Below the pieces are notes generated by a model. It searched no databases. It worked only from the letters and a program-made list of their open reading frames with translations, and was not told the DNA's origin. From contig JAGTJU010000001.1 of assembly GCA_022184915.1 (NCBI GenBank), forward strand, positions 868,057-932,056: a stretch of DNA of 64,000 bases, written 5' to 3'. Below, piece after piece: positions 42,675 to 51,346 of the stretch. Within the stretch, counting starts at the first letter, position 1; each line of letters opens with the position of its first letter. The DNA comes from Myxococcales bacterium (GTDB lineage Bacteria; Myxococcota_A; Polyangia; Fen-1088). The position numbers and the translations under genes are program-made.

Positions 42675-43846
42675 AACGTGGGGGCAAGACCTCGTTCCTT
42701 GGTTTCCTTGCTCTCCTTGGGCTGGGGCTTGTCGTCATGCTGCTCGCGCCCCGCGCCGCGCAGGCTTATCCCCAGTGGCAGTTCTCTGCGGGAGCCACAC
42801 GCTGCAATCAGTGCCACTACGCCCCCACGGGCGGTGGCCTCATCAACGGCTATGGTCGCGATGCGATCGGTGAGGAGCTCTCGACGTGGCAGGGCGACGG
42901 GGCGTTTCTTCACGGCGCCGCGGACCTTCCTCGTGTCTTGAAGTTGGGGCTCGACCTGCGTTTCGCGATGTTATCGAACGACAACGGCGGCCCCGATCAA
43001 CCAAAGAACGCCTTCTTTCCCATGCAGCTCGACGCACACGTGCGCCTCGAGGCGGGAGCGTTCGCATTTCAGGGCATCGTGGGGGGACGTGCCCAGGTGC
43101 GAAGCGCCGACGCCCCGGTGCCGCAAAGCAACTTCCAGCCCGAGAGCGGCAGCCGCCTCGTCTCGCGTGAGCACTGGGCGATCTGGCAGCCTGCCGCGCG
43201 TGGCATGTACGTGCGGGCTGGGCGCTTTTTTGCCCCCTTTGGCCTTCGGCTCGCCGAACACCTCGTGTACGTGCGCCGCGACCTCGGCTTCAACATCCTG
43301 GAAGAAACGTACAACGTCTCTGCGGGTTTCCTCGACAACGGCTGGGAAGCGCATCTGACGCTCTTTGCCCCGGACTTCCTTCAAAACGGAAGCCAAGAGA
43401 CCGGGGTGGCCGCCTACGCCGAAAGACGGGTGCTGAACGAACTCGCCAGCGTCGCCGTCCAGGGCCGCTTTGCCAGCCGTGAGGGCGCCCAGCGGGGCAT
43501 CGGAGGCGTGGTGCTCAAGGGCTACATCGAGCCCGCACGTCTTCTCGTCATGGGCGAGGGCAATTACATCCAGAACATGCCGGAGGGGGTCGACGCCGTG
43601 GGGCAGTTTGCCGGGCTGCTGGGCGCCTCGTGGCTGCCCCCGCTGCGCGGCTTCCTGGTGACGTTGTGGGGCGAACGGCTGCAGACCGACCTCGCCACGC
43701 AGAACACGGCGTTGAATGCGCTCACGGGCCTCGTGTCGTGGTTTCCCTATCCCCACTTCGAGCTTCAGCTGGTGGCGCGCCACCAAGCCGCCGACGGTGC
43801 CCGCGCGATGACCACGCTGCTCGCGCAGCTCCACTACTTCCTGTGA
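42671..43846 (+). CDS. cytochrome c - outer-membrane beta-barrel fusion
   Basis: signal AAQA, CNQCH near mature N-terminus, amphipathic strands, AGRFFAPFG, ends LHYFL. Confidence 0.75.
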   Translation: MKRGGKTSFLGFLALLGLGLVVMLLAPRAAQAYPQWQFSAGATRCNQCHYAPTGGGLINGYGRDAIGEELSTWQGDGAFLHGAADLPRVLKLGLDLRFAMLSNDNGGPDQPKNAFFPMQLDAHVRLEAGAFAFQGIVGGRAQVRSADAPVPQSNFQPESGSRLVSREHWAIWQPAARGMYVRAGRFFAPFGLRLAEHLVYVRRDLGFNILEETYNVSAGFLDNGWEAHLTLFAPDFLQNGSQETGVAAYAERRVLNELASVAVQGRFASREGAQRGIGGVVLKGYIEPARLLVMGEGNYIQNMPEGVDAVGQFAGLLGASWLPPLRGFLVTLWGERLQTDLATQNTALNALTGLVSWFPYPHFELQLVARHQAADGARAMTTLLAQLHYFL

Positions 43847-43850
43847 GGCC

Positions 43851-44570
43851 ATGGTGAAGGTTTTATCGTGGTTGCCAATCGTTGCTTTCGCCGTGGGGGG
43901 CGCTTGTTCACCGCCTGACGCGGCCACAGACCCCACGTGGGCCGATGTGTATCCGATCCTTCAGGGGCAGTGCCTGCACTGTCACGGCTCGACGGCCGCC
44001 AAGGACGGTGGCAACTATCGCTTCGACCTGCTCGACGCCTCGAGCGTCTGCAAACAAGAGGAGGCTGACGACCTCGTTGCGGGGCTCTCACCTCCGTCAT
44101 CGTTCTATGCGGCGCGGCGGCTCATCCTCGCCGACATCACGCCCTATGCCGCGGGATTCCGTCCGAAGATGCCGCCCGAGCCGGGGCGCGCGCTCGAGGG
44201 GTGGCAAGCAGAGACGCTCGAGAGGTTCGTGGCGAAGCTCGATGCGTTGCCCTTCACCGAGGCGATGACGGCAGGTCTGGGCCCTCTTCCGGCAGACGCG
44301 CGATCGCCAACCATTTCCGCAAGCTACGCCCGCAACGGGAACACCCTGGTCGTCGACTACGTGGTCGAAGACGAAAACGCCGATGCGGTGGTGGGTCAGC
44401 TTCGGGTGGGTCAGGGCCTGCGGTCCCCGATCGAGGGATCGGGGCGGGGCCAGGCGCGCTTCGACCTCGGCGGAACCACGGGACCCTGGCCCATCGATGC
44501 CCGGCTCTGCGATGGATGGGATGTTCGTACACGCGGCGCCCCCGACGGCTTGCCCACGGTGCCACCCTGA
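43851..44570 (+). CDS. monoheme c-type cytochrome lipoprotein with C-terminal Ig-like domain
   Basis: GGAC lipobox, PTWADVYPILQGQCLHCHG, KMPP. Confidence 0.8.
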   Translation: MVKVLSWLPIVAFAVGGACSPPDAATDPTWADVYPILQGQCLHCHGSTAAKDGGNYRFDLLDASSVCKQEEADDLVAGLSPPSSFYAARRLILADITPYAAGFRPKMPPEPGRALEGWQAETLERFVAKLDALPFTEAMTAGLGPLPADARSPTISASYARNGNTLVVDYVVEDENADAVVGQLRVGQGLRSPIEGSGRGQARFDLGGTTGPWPIDARLCDGWDVRTRGAPDGLPTVPP

Positions 44571-44624
44571 CCTGCACCCTCTCGAAACCGGAGGCTACGG
44601 TCGCTCGCGACACGCCCTGGCTCT

Positions 44625-44662
44625 GAAACGTCACACGCGTCGCAAAAGGGCGTTGGTATAAG
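44625..44662 (+). promoter_or_regulatory. putative activator box plus -10 (GAAAC-GTCAC-N22-TATAAG)
   Basis: GTCAC 44630-44634, TATAAG 44657-44662. Confidence 0.5.
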
Positions 44663-44716
44663 ACCGCCGTCCAGAACGGTGCCCATCGGGGGCGCCTGCC
44701 AGGAAGGGTTTCGACC

Positions 44717-45634
44717 ATGACCAGCTTACACGGTGGCTTGACCGTGAGTCCATCGGGATTGGCACGTGTGCACGCCTCGTCACGCGTAATGCTCGACGTC
44801 GTCGAGCAGGTGAGGCGTCTCGCTCGTAGCCAGGTCAACGTACTGTTCCTGGGTGAGACCGGCACGGGCAAAGCCCTCTTGGCGCGCGCGCTGCATGAGG
44901 AAAGTCACCGCGCCCACGCGCCTTTCGTGCGCGTCGACTGTCGAGACGTGCACGCCGACGCGCGGGACCTCTTCGACGACGACGCACCGGGCGCCCCGGC
45001 GCGCGCGGGGGGCGGAACGCTCTTTTTGGACGAGGTCGCTGAGCTTCCGGGCCCGCTTCAACAGAGCCTCTTGCGCTGGCTGGACGGGCGAAGCTCGTTC
45101 GGCGACATGCCTGTAGGGGCGGGGGAGGTCCGCGTCGTTTCCGCGAGCTGCCGCGCGATCGAAGCGGTCGCTTCGTCTGCCGCCTTTCGGCAGGATCTCT
45201 ATTTTCGTCTCGCCGTGGCCCTGGTTCACGTGCCTCCCCTGCGCGATCGCGTGGAAGATCTGCCGCGGCTCGCGAATGATCTGCTCGCCGAGTTGGGGCG
45301 CCCCGAGCTCTTGCTGAGCCCGGAGACTCTCGTGTTGCTGAGTGCGCACCTTTGGCCTGGGAACGTCAGGGAACTGAAGAACGCCTTGGCAGCGGCCCTC
45401 GCCTTGGCGGACGGGGGCACCCTCGAGCCCAGGCACTTCAGATCGCTTGGCCACGAAGGCGCGCCCTCGGTGCTCGAGCGCCTCCCGCTGGGAGGCCAGA
45501 GATTGGAACATCTCGAACGCGCGGCCATCAAGCAAACGCTCACGCAGACCCGGGGGAACAAAGTGCAGGCAGCGCGTACGCTGGGGATCGCGCCCTCGAC
45601 GCTCTACGAGAAGCTCAAGCGCTACGGCCTCTGA
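44717..45634 (+). CDS. NtrC-like AAA+ / Fis-HTH regulator lacking GAFTGA and any input domain
   Basis: GETGTGK, TLFLDEV, FRQDLYFRL, WPGNVREL, C-terminal HTH. Confidence 0.88.
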   Translation: MTSLHGGLTVSPSGLARVHASSRVMLDVVEQVRRLARSQVNVLFLGETGTGKALLARALHEESHRAHAPFVRVDCRDVHADARDLFDDDAPGAPARAGGGTLFLDEVAELPGPLQQSLLRWLDGRSSFGDMPVGAGEVRVVSASCRAIEAVASSAAFRQDLYFRLAVALVHVPPLRDRVEDLPRLANDLLAELGRPELLLSPETLVLLSAHLWPGNVRELKNALAAALALADGGTLEPRHFRSLGHEGAPSVLERLPLGGQRLEHLERAAIKQTLTQTRGNKVQAARTLGIAPSTLYEKLKRYGL

Positions 45635-45640
45635 GCTCCG

Positions 45641-46960
45641 TCACGCAAAGCCCCCTCGTCCCTGAAACGAAAACGCCCCCGGCACAGGCTTCGTGGCCAT
45701 CTGCGGAAGAAAGCCCTCGAGCTTCTCGAGCACGCGCAGCTGGCGTCCCGCGTGCTGATCGGCCCTCAGGTGTACGCCAAGACCGTAGCGTACGAAGAGC
45801 TCATCGATGAGCAGCGCACGCATCTGCCCGCGCAGGTGTTGCGAGTAAAGGGCCGACAAACTCTCCTCGGGGCTTGCGATCTTACCCATGCGGTAGCGCG
45901 TGGCGGGGGCAAGCACCAAGCGGGCGCGCGCGAGCGCTTCGGTCCAGGGGGCCTCGTCCTGAGACAGCCGCCACAGCGGGTCGGCGTCGCTCGGCGCGCG
46001 CTCTCGTGACGCTTCGTCTGCGTTCGGGGGCTCAATCACGTGCTCGACCGGACCAATGCCACTCATGAGGTGCAGCGCCTGTGCGGCAGCGGGCGCGAGG
46101 CCCTCGATGGTCAAGGCCCGCAGCAACGTGGGCACGAGGGCGCCATCTCCCAGCAGGCCCGCCGCGAAGGTGGCGAAGGCGTCGCCGGTCTCGATGTGTT
46201 TGGCGAGGAGGGATGCGGCGCGGGGACCTCCGAGGAACGCCAACACCACGGGCGCCCATGCTTGGTTCAGCGCTTGCGCCAGCAGCCAGTGCGCCAGCTG
46301 CGGGTCTTCTGTCCGGCACAAGGCCAGTGCCGCGGCGCGGGCCACCGGGGCTTCGCTTGCCCCCAGCGCTTCGATGAGGGCATCGCGCGCGGGCGCCTCA
46401 CCGATTTGCCCCAAAGCCCAGAGCCACGTGGCAGGGGTCGGCACGCCCTGGCGAAGGCCCGCCAACAAGGCCGGCCCCACGTCCCAGCGTTGGTAACCGG
46501 CGGCATAGGCCAACGCCTCGGCCTCCGGCGCCGCGCCTCCGGCAACGAGCGTCGCCTGCACGTCGCCGAGGTCACCTCCCCAGGGCTCGTGGGCCAGGGC
46601 CGTTCTCAGCGCTTCGGCAGGGGAGGGCTCCCGCGCCGCCAGGCGGTTGGGATCCACGTTCAGCGCCAGCGCCTCGTTCGCCGTGACCCTCAAGGCCGCC
46701 ATGTTCCCCGCATGCGCGAGCGTTCGCGTGGCCGCGTACACGGCTCCTCCGCCGTCGAGCGGGACCGCACGACAGAAGTCTGCTGCGTCTTTGCCGCCGA
46801 AAAACAGCAGATCCAGATGGGCGTCGAGACGGTCATCGAGGGATCGCACCTGAGACAGGCCGAGCTCGGGAGGATCCAGGTCCTGGCAGCGCCGCACGAA
46901 GAGCGTGCCCGCCTCCTCTAGGCTCTCCTCGAACAGCTCTTGGTTGAAGCGAATGGCCAT
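45641..46960 (-). CDS. TIGR02270-like HEAT protein
   Basis: EESLEEAGTL..DDRLDAHLD.L, RY..G; paralog of 47531-48847. Confidence 0.7.
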   Translation of the reverse strand: MAIRFNQELFEESLEEAGTLFVRRCQDLDPPELGLSQVRSLDDRLDAHLDLLFFGGKDAADFCRAVPLDGGGAVYAATRTLAHAGNMAALRVTANEALALNVDPNRLAAREPSPAEALRTALAHEPWGGDLGDVQATLVAGGAAPEAEALAYAAGYQRWDVGPALLAGLRQGVPTPATWLWALGQIGEAPARDALIEALGASEAPVARAAALALCRTEDPQLAHWLLAQALNQAWAPVVLAFLGGPRAASLLAKHIETGDAFATFAAGLLGDGALVPTLLRALTIEGLAPAAAQALHLMSGIGPVEHVIEPPNADEASRERAPSDADPLWRLSQDEAPWTEALARARLVLAPATRYRMGKIASPEESLSALYSQHLRGQMRALLIDELFVRYGLGVHLRADQHAGRQLRVLEKLEGFLPQMATKPVPGAFSFQGRGGFA

Positions 46961-47046
46961 GCTGCCAGCGCCAGCCTATCGCAGTCCCGTCGCTTTTGGG
47001 CAGGCGGCCTATGGACTTGGCGCCCGCACCCGGCGAAACTCGCGGG

Positions 47047-47529
47047 ATGGAGAGCCCGAGGTCTAAGGAGCGTATGTCACCGCTGGCCCTGGGGCAGGCG
47101 CGGACGGCGGCGCTGGTGGCGGCGAACGAGGACGAGGCGGGGCGGGTCTGGGCCTGGGTGGATGTGGGGCAGGGCCCCGAGCGGGCCGCGCTGCAGGTGC
47201 CGCTGTCGGCCGCGCGCCTCGAGCGCATCGCCGCCGAGCAACGCCCCGTCATCGTGTTCAGGGCCCCGGGAGGTCTCGAGGTGGTGGCCGTGGTGGGCCT
47301 GGCGTTGGCGCCGCCGCTGGCGCCGCTGGCGCCCGCGGGTGCGCCCATCGAGGCCGACGTCGACGGACAGCGACTGCGTCTTCATGCCGAGCGCGAGATC
47401 GTGCTTTCTTGCGGCAAAGCCTCGATCACCTTGCGCGCCAATGGCCGTGTGATCATTCAAGGCACGCAGATCGAGTCCTACGCCGAAGGCACGAACCGGA
47501 TCAAGGGTGGGCAAGTTCGCATCAACTGA
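47047..47529 (+). CDS. DUF6484-like (VgrG/gp5 C-terminal-like) protein
   Basis: VDGQRL.L.AEREIVLSCGKASITLRANGRV.I.G..I.S.A.G.NRIKGGQVRIN. Confidence 0.75.
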   Translation: MESPRSKERMSPLALGQARTAALVAANEDEAGRVWAWVDVGQGPERAALQVPLSAARLERIAAEQRPVIVFRAPGGLEVVAVVGLALAPPLAPLAPAGAPIEADVDGQRLRLHAEREIVLSCGKASITLRANGRVIIQGTQIESYAEGTNRIKGGQVRIN

Positions 47530-47530
47530 C

Positions 47531-48847
47531 ATGCCCATGCGCTCACGGCTCCCTGTTTTGTGGCCCCTCGTCGAAGAGAGCTTCGACGAGGCCGAGTTTT
47601 TGTGGCGTTCCTGGGAGGAGAGCCTCGACACCCACGCGCGCCACCTCGGCCAGGTCTGGTTTTGGACCGACGACCGCCTGCAGGGGGCCCTCGAAGGTGT
47701 GCGGCTCGGCGGGCGCCGGGCGCTCGACGAACTCTTGTTGCCCGCGCTGGCACGCCCCGAATCCCCTTTTCGGGTGCGGGCCACGGTGCACGTGCTGGCT
47801 TCCCACGCGACACCGGCGTGGGGCGCCCTGGGGGAAAGTCTGCGGGGGACAGCGTCCCTCGGCTTCGACATCGAGCGCGGCCTGCAAACGCTCACCGAGC
47901 CGCGCCAGGTGAGCGCGCTCGAAGCGTGGCTCGCGCATCAGGGTGAGGCCTCGCGGGCTCTCCGGGTGTCCTTGCGTGTGTTTCGCAAGCAAGCTTCACC
48001 GCCCGACGAGGTGAGCGCGCTTGCCGTGTCCCACGTGCCGGCGCACCGGCGGGTGGCCATGGCGGCAGCCCAGCACCTTCCGCCGGGGCTGGCCAAGCCG
48101 CTCCTGGTTCGCGGCCTCGACGACATCGAGGGCGAGGTGGCCAACGCCGCGGTCGGCGCGGGGCTCGTGCACGGCTTGCCTGCGGCGTGGGCACGCTGCT
48201 GCGAACGGGCCGCGGCACAATCATCGGCGCTCTTCGTGTTCCTGGCGGCCTGCCTCGGGGGGCCCCGCGAACGGCGTCTCGTCGAAGCCTCGCTGGGGCT
48301 TGCGCGCACACGGCCCTTTGCCCTTTCGGCCCTGGGGTTTTTGGGCACACGCAGGGCGGCCGATCTGGCCCTCGAGCTGATGAACGAAGACGCGCAGGCG
48401 CGCCTGGCGGCCGAGGCCTTTTGTGCCATCACGGGGCTCGACCTGGCCGCAGAAAACGCCGCCTTGCCGGAGCCTTTGCCGCCCGCGGGGCCCGTGCCTT
48501 TCGAGCTCGACGATCTGGATGCAGACCTCGTGCCCAAACCGGATGACCTGCTTCCCGCCCCCGACGTGGCGCGGGTTTCTGCGTGGTGGGCGGCCCACCG
48601 CAACCGCTTCGATGAGCACACCCGCTACATCGGAGGGCGGCCCCTGTCGCCCACCGCCTTGTGGGACGCGCTCGCGCGGGGGCCCATGCGTCGCCGGCAC
48701 GTGCTGGCCTTCGAGCTGGCCGTCCGCACCGCAGGGGCTTGTGACCTTCAGACCCGCGCCTTCACTTCGTTCCAGCGCCAGCAGCTCCGGCAGTTCACCG
48801 CAGAGCTCGCTGACATACCCTTTGCGATGAACGCCTTCGCCTCCTGA
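47531..48847 (+). CDS. TIGR02270 family protein
   Basis: EESFDEAEFLW, AAEAFCAITGLDL, DDLDADLVP..DDLLP.P, RY.GG.P, GPMRRRH. Confidence 0.85.
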   Translation: MPMRSRLPVLWPLVEESFDEAEFLWRSWEESLDTHARHLGQVWFWTDDRLQGALEGVRLGGRRALDELLLPALARPESPFRVRATVHVLASHATPAWGALGESLRGTASLGFDIERGLQTLTEPRQVSALEAWLAHQGEASRALRVSLRVFRKQASPPDEVSALAVSHVPAHRRVAMAAAQHLPPGLAKPLLVRGLDDIEGEVANAAVGAGLVHGLPAAWARCCERAAAQSSALFVFLAACLGGPRERRLVEASLGLARTRPFALSALGFLGTRRAADLALELMNEDAQARLAAEAFCAITGLDLAAENAALPEPLPPAGPVPFELDDLDADLVPKPDDLLPAPDVARVSAWWAAHRNRFDEHTRYIGGRPLSPTALWDALARGPMRRRHVLAFELAVRTAGACDLQTRAFTSFQRQQLRQFTAELADIPFAMNAFAS

Positions 48848-48857
48848 GCCTGGCCCC

Positions 48858-49880
48858 ATGTTGCAGCTCGAAAACGCGTCCGGCCTGCCGGCTTCCCTGG
48901 CCGTGTTTCCCGATCCCCACGGCATCGATACTCTCTACACCGTCGTCAAAGCTACGTTCGCCTTGCGACCGCGGCTGGCCTTGGCCGATGAGCAGCTGCC
49001 CGTGTCGGCGGTCGACGCGTGGCGGGGCGAGCCCGGCAAGAGCAGCCTCACCGAGGTCAGCGAATTTCACCTCGGCAAACCGGGCACCGACGTGCTCCTC
49101 ACCGGGCACGCCGTGGCCCCGCAGGGCCGGCCCGCCCCGCAGAGCGCCGTGCGCCTGGTGGTTGCCAATCGGCAGAAAACGGCGGCCATTTTTGGCAAGC
49201 GCGTGTGGCGGCGCGGGGGCACGCTCTGCCCGCCCGAGCCCTTCGAGAAGGTCCCGCTCGTGTGGGAACACGCTTACGGTGGTTGCCACGAGGTGACGCC
49301 CGGTGGGGCCCTGCTGGGCGAAGACGCCAATCCCCTGGGGGTGGGCTTCGTGGGCCGCCGCTCCGCCGAGAGCTTCATCAGCACACCGGCCCCGCAGATC
49401 GAAGATCCTGCGGCCCTCATGCAAACACTCGGGGACAGGCCCCCCCCTGTGGGCTTTGGGCCGATGCCCGCCGCCTGGGCCGCGCGTCGGCGCTTTGCTG
49501 GCACCTACGATGCGGCCTGGCAGCGCACGCGGGCGCCCTACCTGCCCGCCGATTTCGATCCTCGCTTTTTTCACGTGGCCCCCGCGCCCTTCGCCTTCGC
49601 GCACCCGCTGCAAGGCGGTGAACCGGTCTCTGTCATTGGCGTGTCTTACGACGGACCCTATGCCTTTGCGGTGCCACGTCTCGTGGTGGGGGTCCACGTC
49701 GTGCTGGCGCGCCGGCAGCAGATCGTGCAAGCGATGCTCGAGACCCTGTGGATCCACGCCGACACGGCCCGCGTGAGCTTGTCCTACCGGGCCGCGCTCG
49801 CGTGCGACAAAGAGGTCCTCGCGGTGAAGAAGGTGCGAATCGAGGTGGCTGGCCTCGAGGAAGTAGGGCTGGCCGCGTGA
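48858..49880 (+). CDS. DUF2169 T6SS accessory/adaptor protein
   Basis: VVKATF, KPGTDVLL.G.A, PL.WE.AYGG, NPLGVGF, AGTYDAAW, P.DFDPRFF..AP. Confidence 0.9.
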   Translation: MLQLENASGLPASLAVFPDPHGIDTLYTVVKATFALRPRLALADEQLPVSAVDAWRGEPGKSSLTEVSEFHLGKPGTDVLLTGHAVAPQGRPAPQSAVRLVVANRQKTAAIFGKRVWRRGGTLCPPEPFEKVPLVWEHAYGGCHEVTPGGALLGEDANPLGVGFVGRRSAESFISTPAPQIEDPAALMQTLGDRPPPVGFGPMPAAWAARRRFAGTYDAAWQRTRAPYLPADFDPRFFHVAPAPFAFAHPLQGGEPVSVIGVSYDGPYAFAVPRLVVGVHVVLARRQQIVQAMLETLWIHADTARVSLSYRAALACDKEVLAVKKVRIEVAGLEEVGLAA

Positions 49881-50938
49881 ATCAACCCGTGTACCTCTTG
49901 GCAAGCGGAGCTCTTTGCGCCCTCGGCATCGGCGTGGCGCAGATTTGGGCGGCGGCGCGTGCGGGGCTCTCGCGCACCGCCGCGTCGCCCCTACGAGGCG
50001 GCTCCGGTGAGCCCCTCACTCTGGCGCTGGTGCCCGAAGACGCGCTGGCACCGCTTGACCCCGCGCTCGAAGCACAGCATCCCGCGCAGGTCGAAGGTCG
50101 GCTGCTGCGCTTGATGGCGTCGCCTTTGGCCGAAATCGCGAGCGGGCCGCTCGCTTCCGCACCCCTGCCTCTTTATCTCGGCATGCCCGAGCCCGAGCCG
50201 GGGTTCGGTCGAGCCTTCGATGACAGGCGGTTTTTGTCGCAGGTGGCGCAGCTTGCCGCCGTGCCGATCGACCCCGCGCGCAGCCGTGTGTTTCGGCAGG
50301 GACGGGCGGCGGGCTTCTTTGCGTTGGCTGCGGCTGAGGAGGCGCTCGCGCGCGGAGACTTTACGCACGTTCTCGTGGGCGGGGTGGATAGCTACCTCGA
50401 TCCCGTTCGCCTCGCGCGTCTGGACGCCGAAGGGCGGCTCTTGGGTCCCCACACGATGGACGGCTTCATCCCCGGTGAAGGGGCGGCCGTGCTGCTTCTC
50501 GCGAAGGTGCCCCCTGCTGCGGGGGTGGCGGCGTGTAGGCTCTCCGGTGTGGCCACGGCGTTTGATGCCGGGCATCGCTACGCCGAAGCGCCTGCCCTGG
50601 GTGAAGGCCTTGCGGCCGCCCTTGAGAGCCTGCGCGCGGCGGGGCGTGGCCCCCAAGGTCCCGCAGAGGTCGTCTTCGCCGGGCTCACCGGCGAGAGCTT
50701 CGGCGCGAAGACCTGGGGCGTGGCGCAGCTACGCCACCGCGACCTCATCTCACCCGAAGCCCTGCTCGAGCACCCCGCGGAGGGGTTCGGCGACGTGGGA
50801 GCGGCGATGGGCCCGCTTTTGCTAGCGCTCGCCGATGCGTCCCTGGTGCTCGGGCACCGGGACGGCCCCGCGCTCGTATGGGCCAATGCGGATCGGGGTC
50901 CCTGCGGCTGTGCGTTCATCGAAACCGCTACACCCTGA
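49877..50938 (+). CDS. beta-ketoacyl synthase/thiolase-like T6SS-associated protein
   Basis: VGGVDSY, GFIPGEGAA, HPA..FGDVGAA; GTG overlaps the DUF2169 stop. Confidence 0.8.
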   Translation: MNQPVYLLASGALCALGIGVAQIWAAARAGLSRTAASPLRGGSGEPLTLALVPEDALAPLDPALEAQHPAQVEGRLLRLMASPLAEIASGPLASAPLPLYLGMPEPEPGFGRAFDDRRFLSQVAQLAAVPIDPARSRVFRQGRAAGFFALAAAEEALARGDFTHVLVGGVDSYLDPVRLARLDAEGRLLGPHTMDGFIPGEGAAVLLLAKVPPAAGVAACRLSGVATAFDAGHRYAEAPALGEGLAAALESLRAAGRGPQGPAEVVFAGLTGESFGAKTWGVAQLRHRDLISPEALLEHPAEGFGDVGAAMGPLLLALADASLVLGHRDGPALVWANADRGPCGCAFIETATP

Positions 50939-50956
50939 GCTAACGAGGAGACCGCC

Positions 50957-51341
50957 ATGGCACAGACCACCTTCGCGAACATGCGTGGCATCGTCCACAA
51001 GGGCTCGGGGGGCACGAGCCCCGTGTTTCCTGACGTCTGCAAAACGCCTGCCCCTCCGGCCGGGCCCCTGCCCATTCCTTACCCCAACATGGGGCAAGCC
51101 AGTCACACGAGCGGGGGGCCCACGAAGGTGAAGGTCGACGGGCAGATGCCCATGACCAAGGGTGCAAAGTACCAGATGAGCGCGGGGGGACGAGGCCGGC
51201 GCGGTGGGGGGCGTGATGAGCGGAAAGATCAAGGGCGCGTGTGAGTTCATGATGTACTCCTTCGACGTGAAGTTCGAAGGCAAAAACGTGTGCCGCATGG
51301 GCGATCCGCTCTTCCACAACGAAAAGAATGCGATGGGTTGA
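50957..51341 (+). pseudogene. DUF4150 PAAR-like protein with +1 frameshift in a G6 run (or sequencing error)
   Basis: FPDVCKTP..PIPYPN; removing one G at 51184-51189 restores S.GDEAG..GGVMSG.IKG..YSFDVKFEGKNVCR..D...HN* to TGA 51341. Confidence 0.85.
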
Positions 51342-51346
51342 CTGAC

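Noticed and set aside
22200-44600. Island as a mobile element (looks somewhat less GC-rich by eye)
   Set aside because: No integrase, transposase, tRNA or flanking direct repeats seen; composition could reflect secreted-protein amino-acid bias and was not computed
51290-51346. Fusion of the PAAR-like and AHH ORFs
   Set aside because: The corrected PAAR frame has its own TGA at 51339-51341, and the AHH ATG at 51347 is in a different frame
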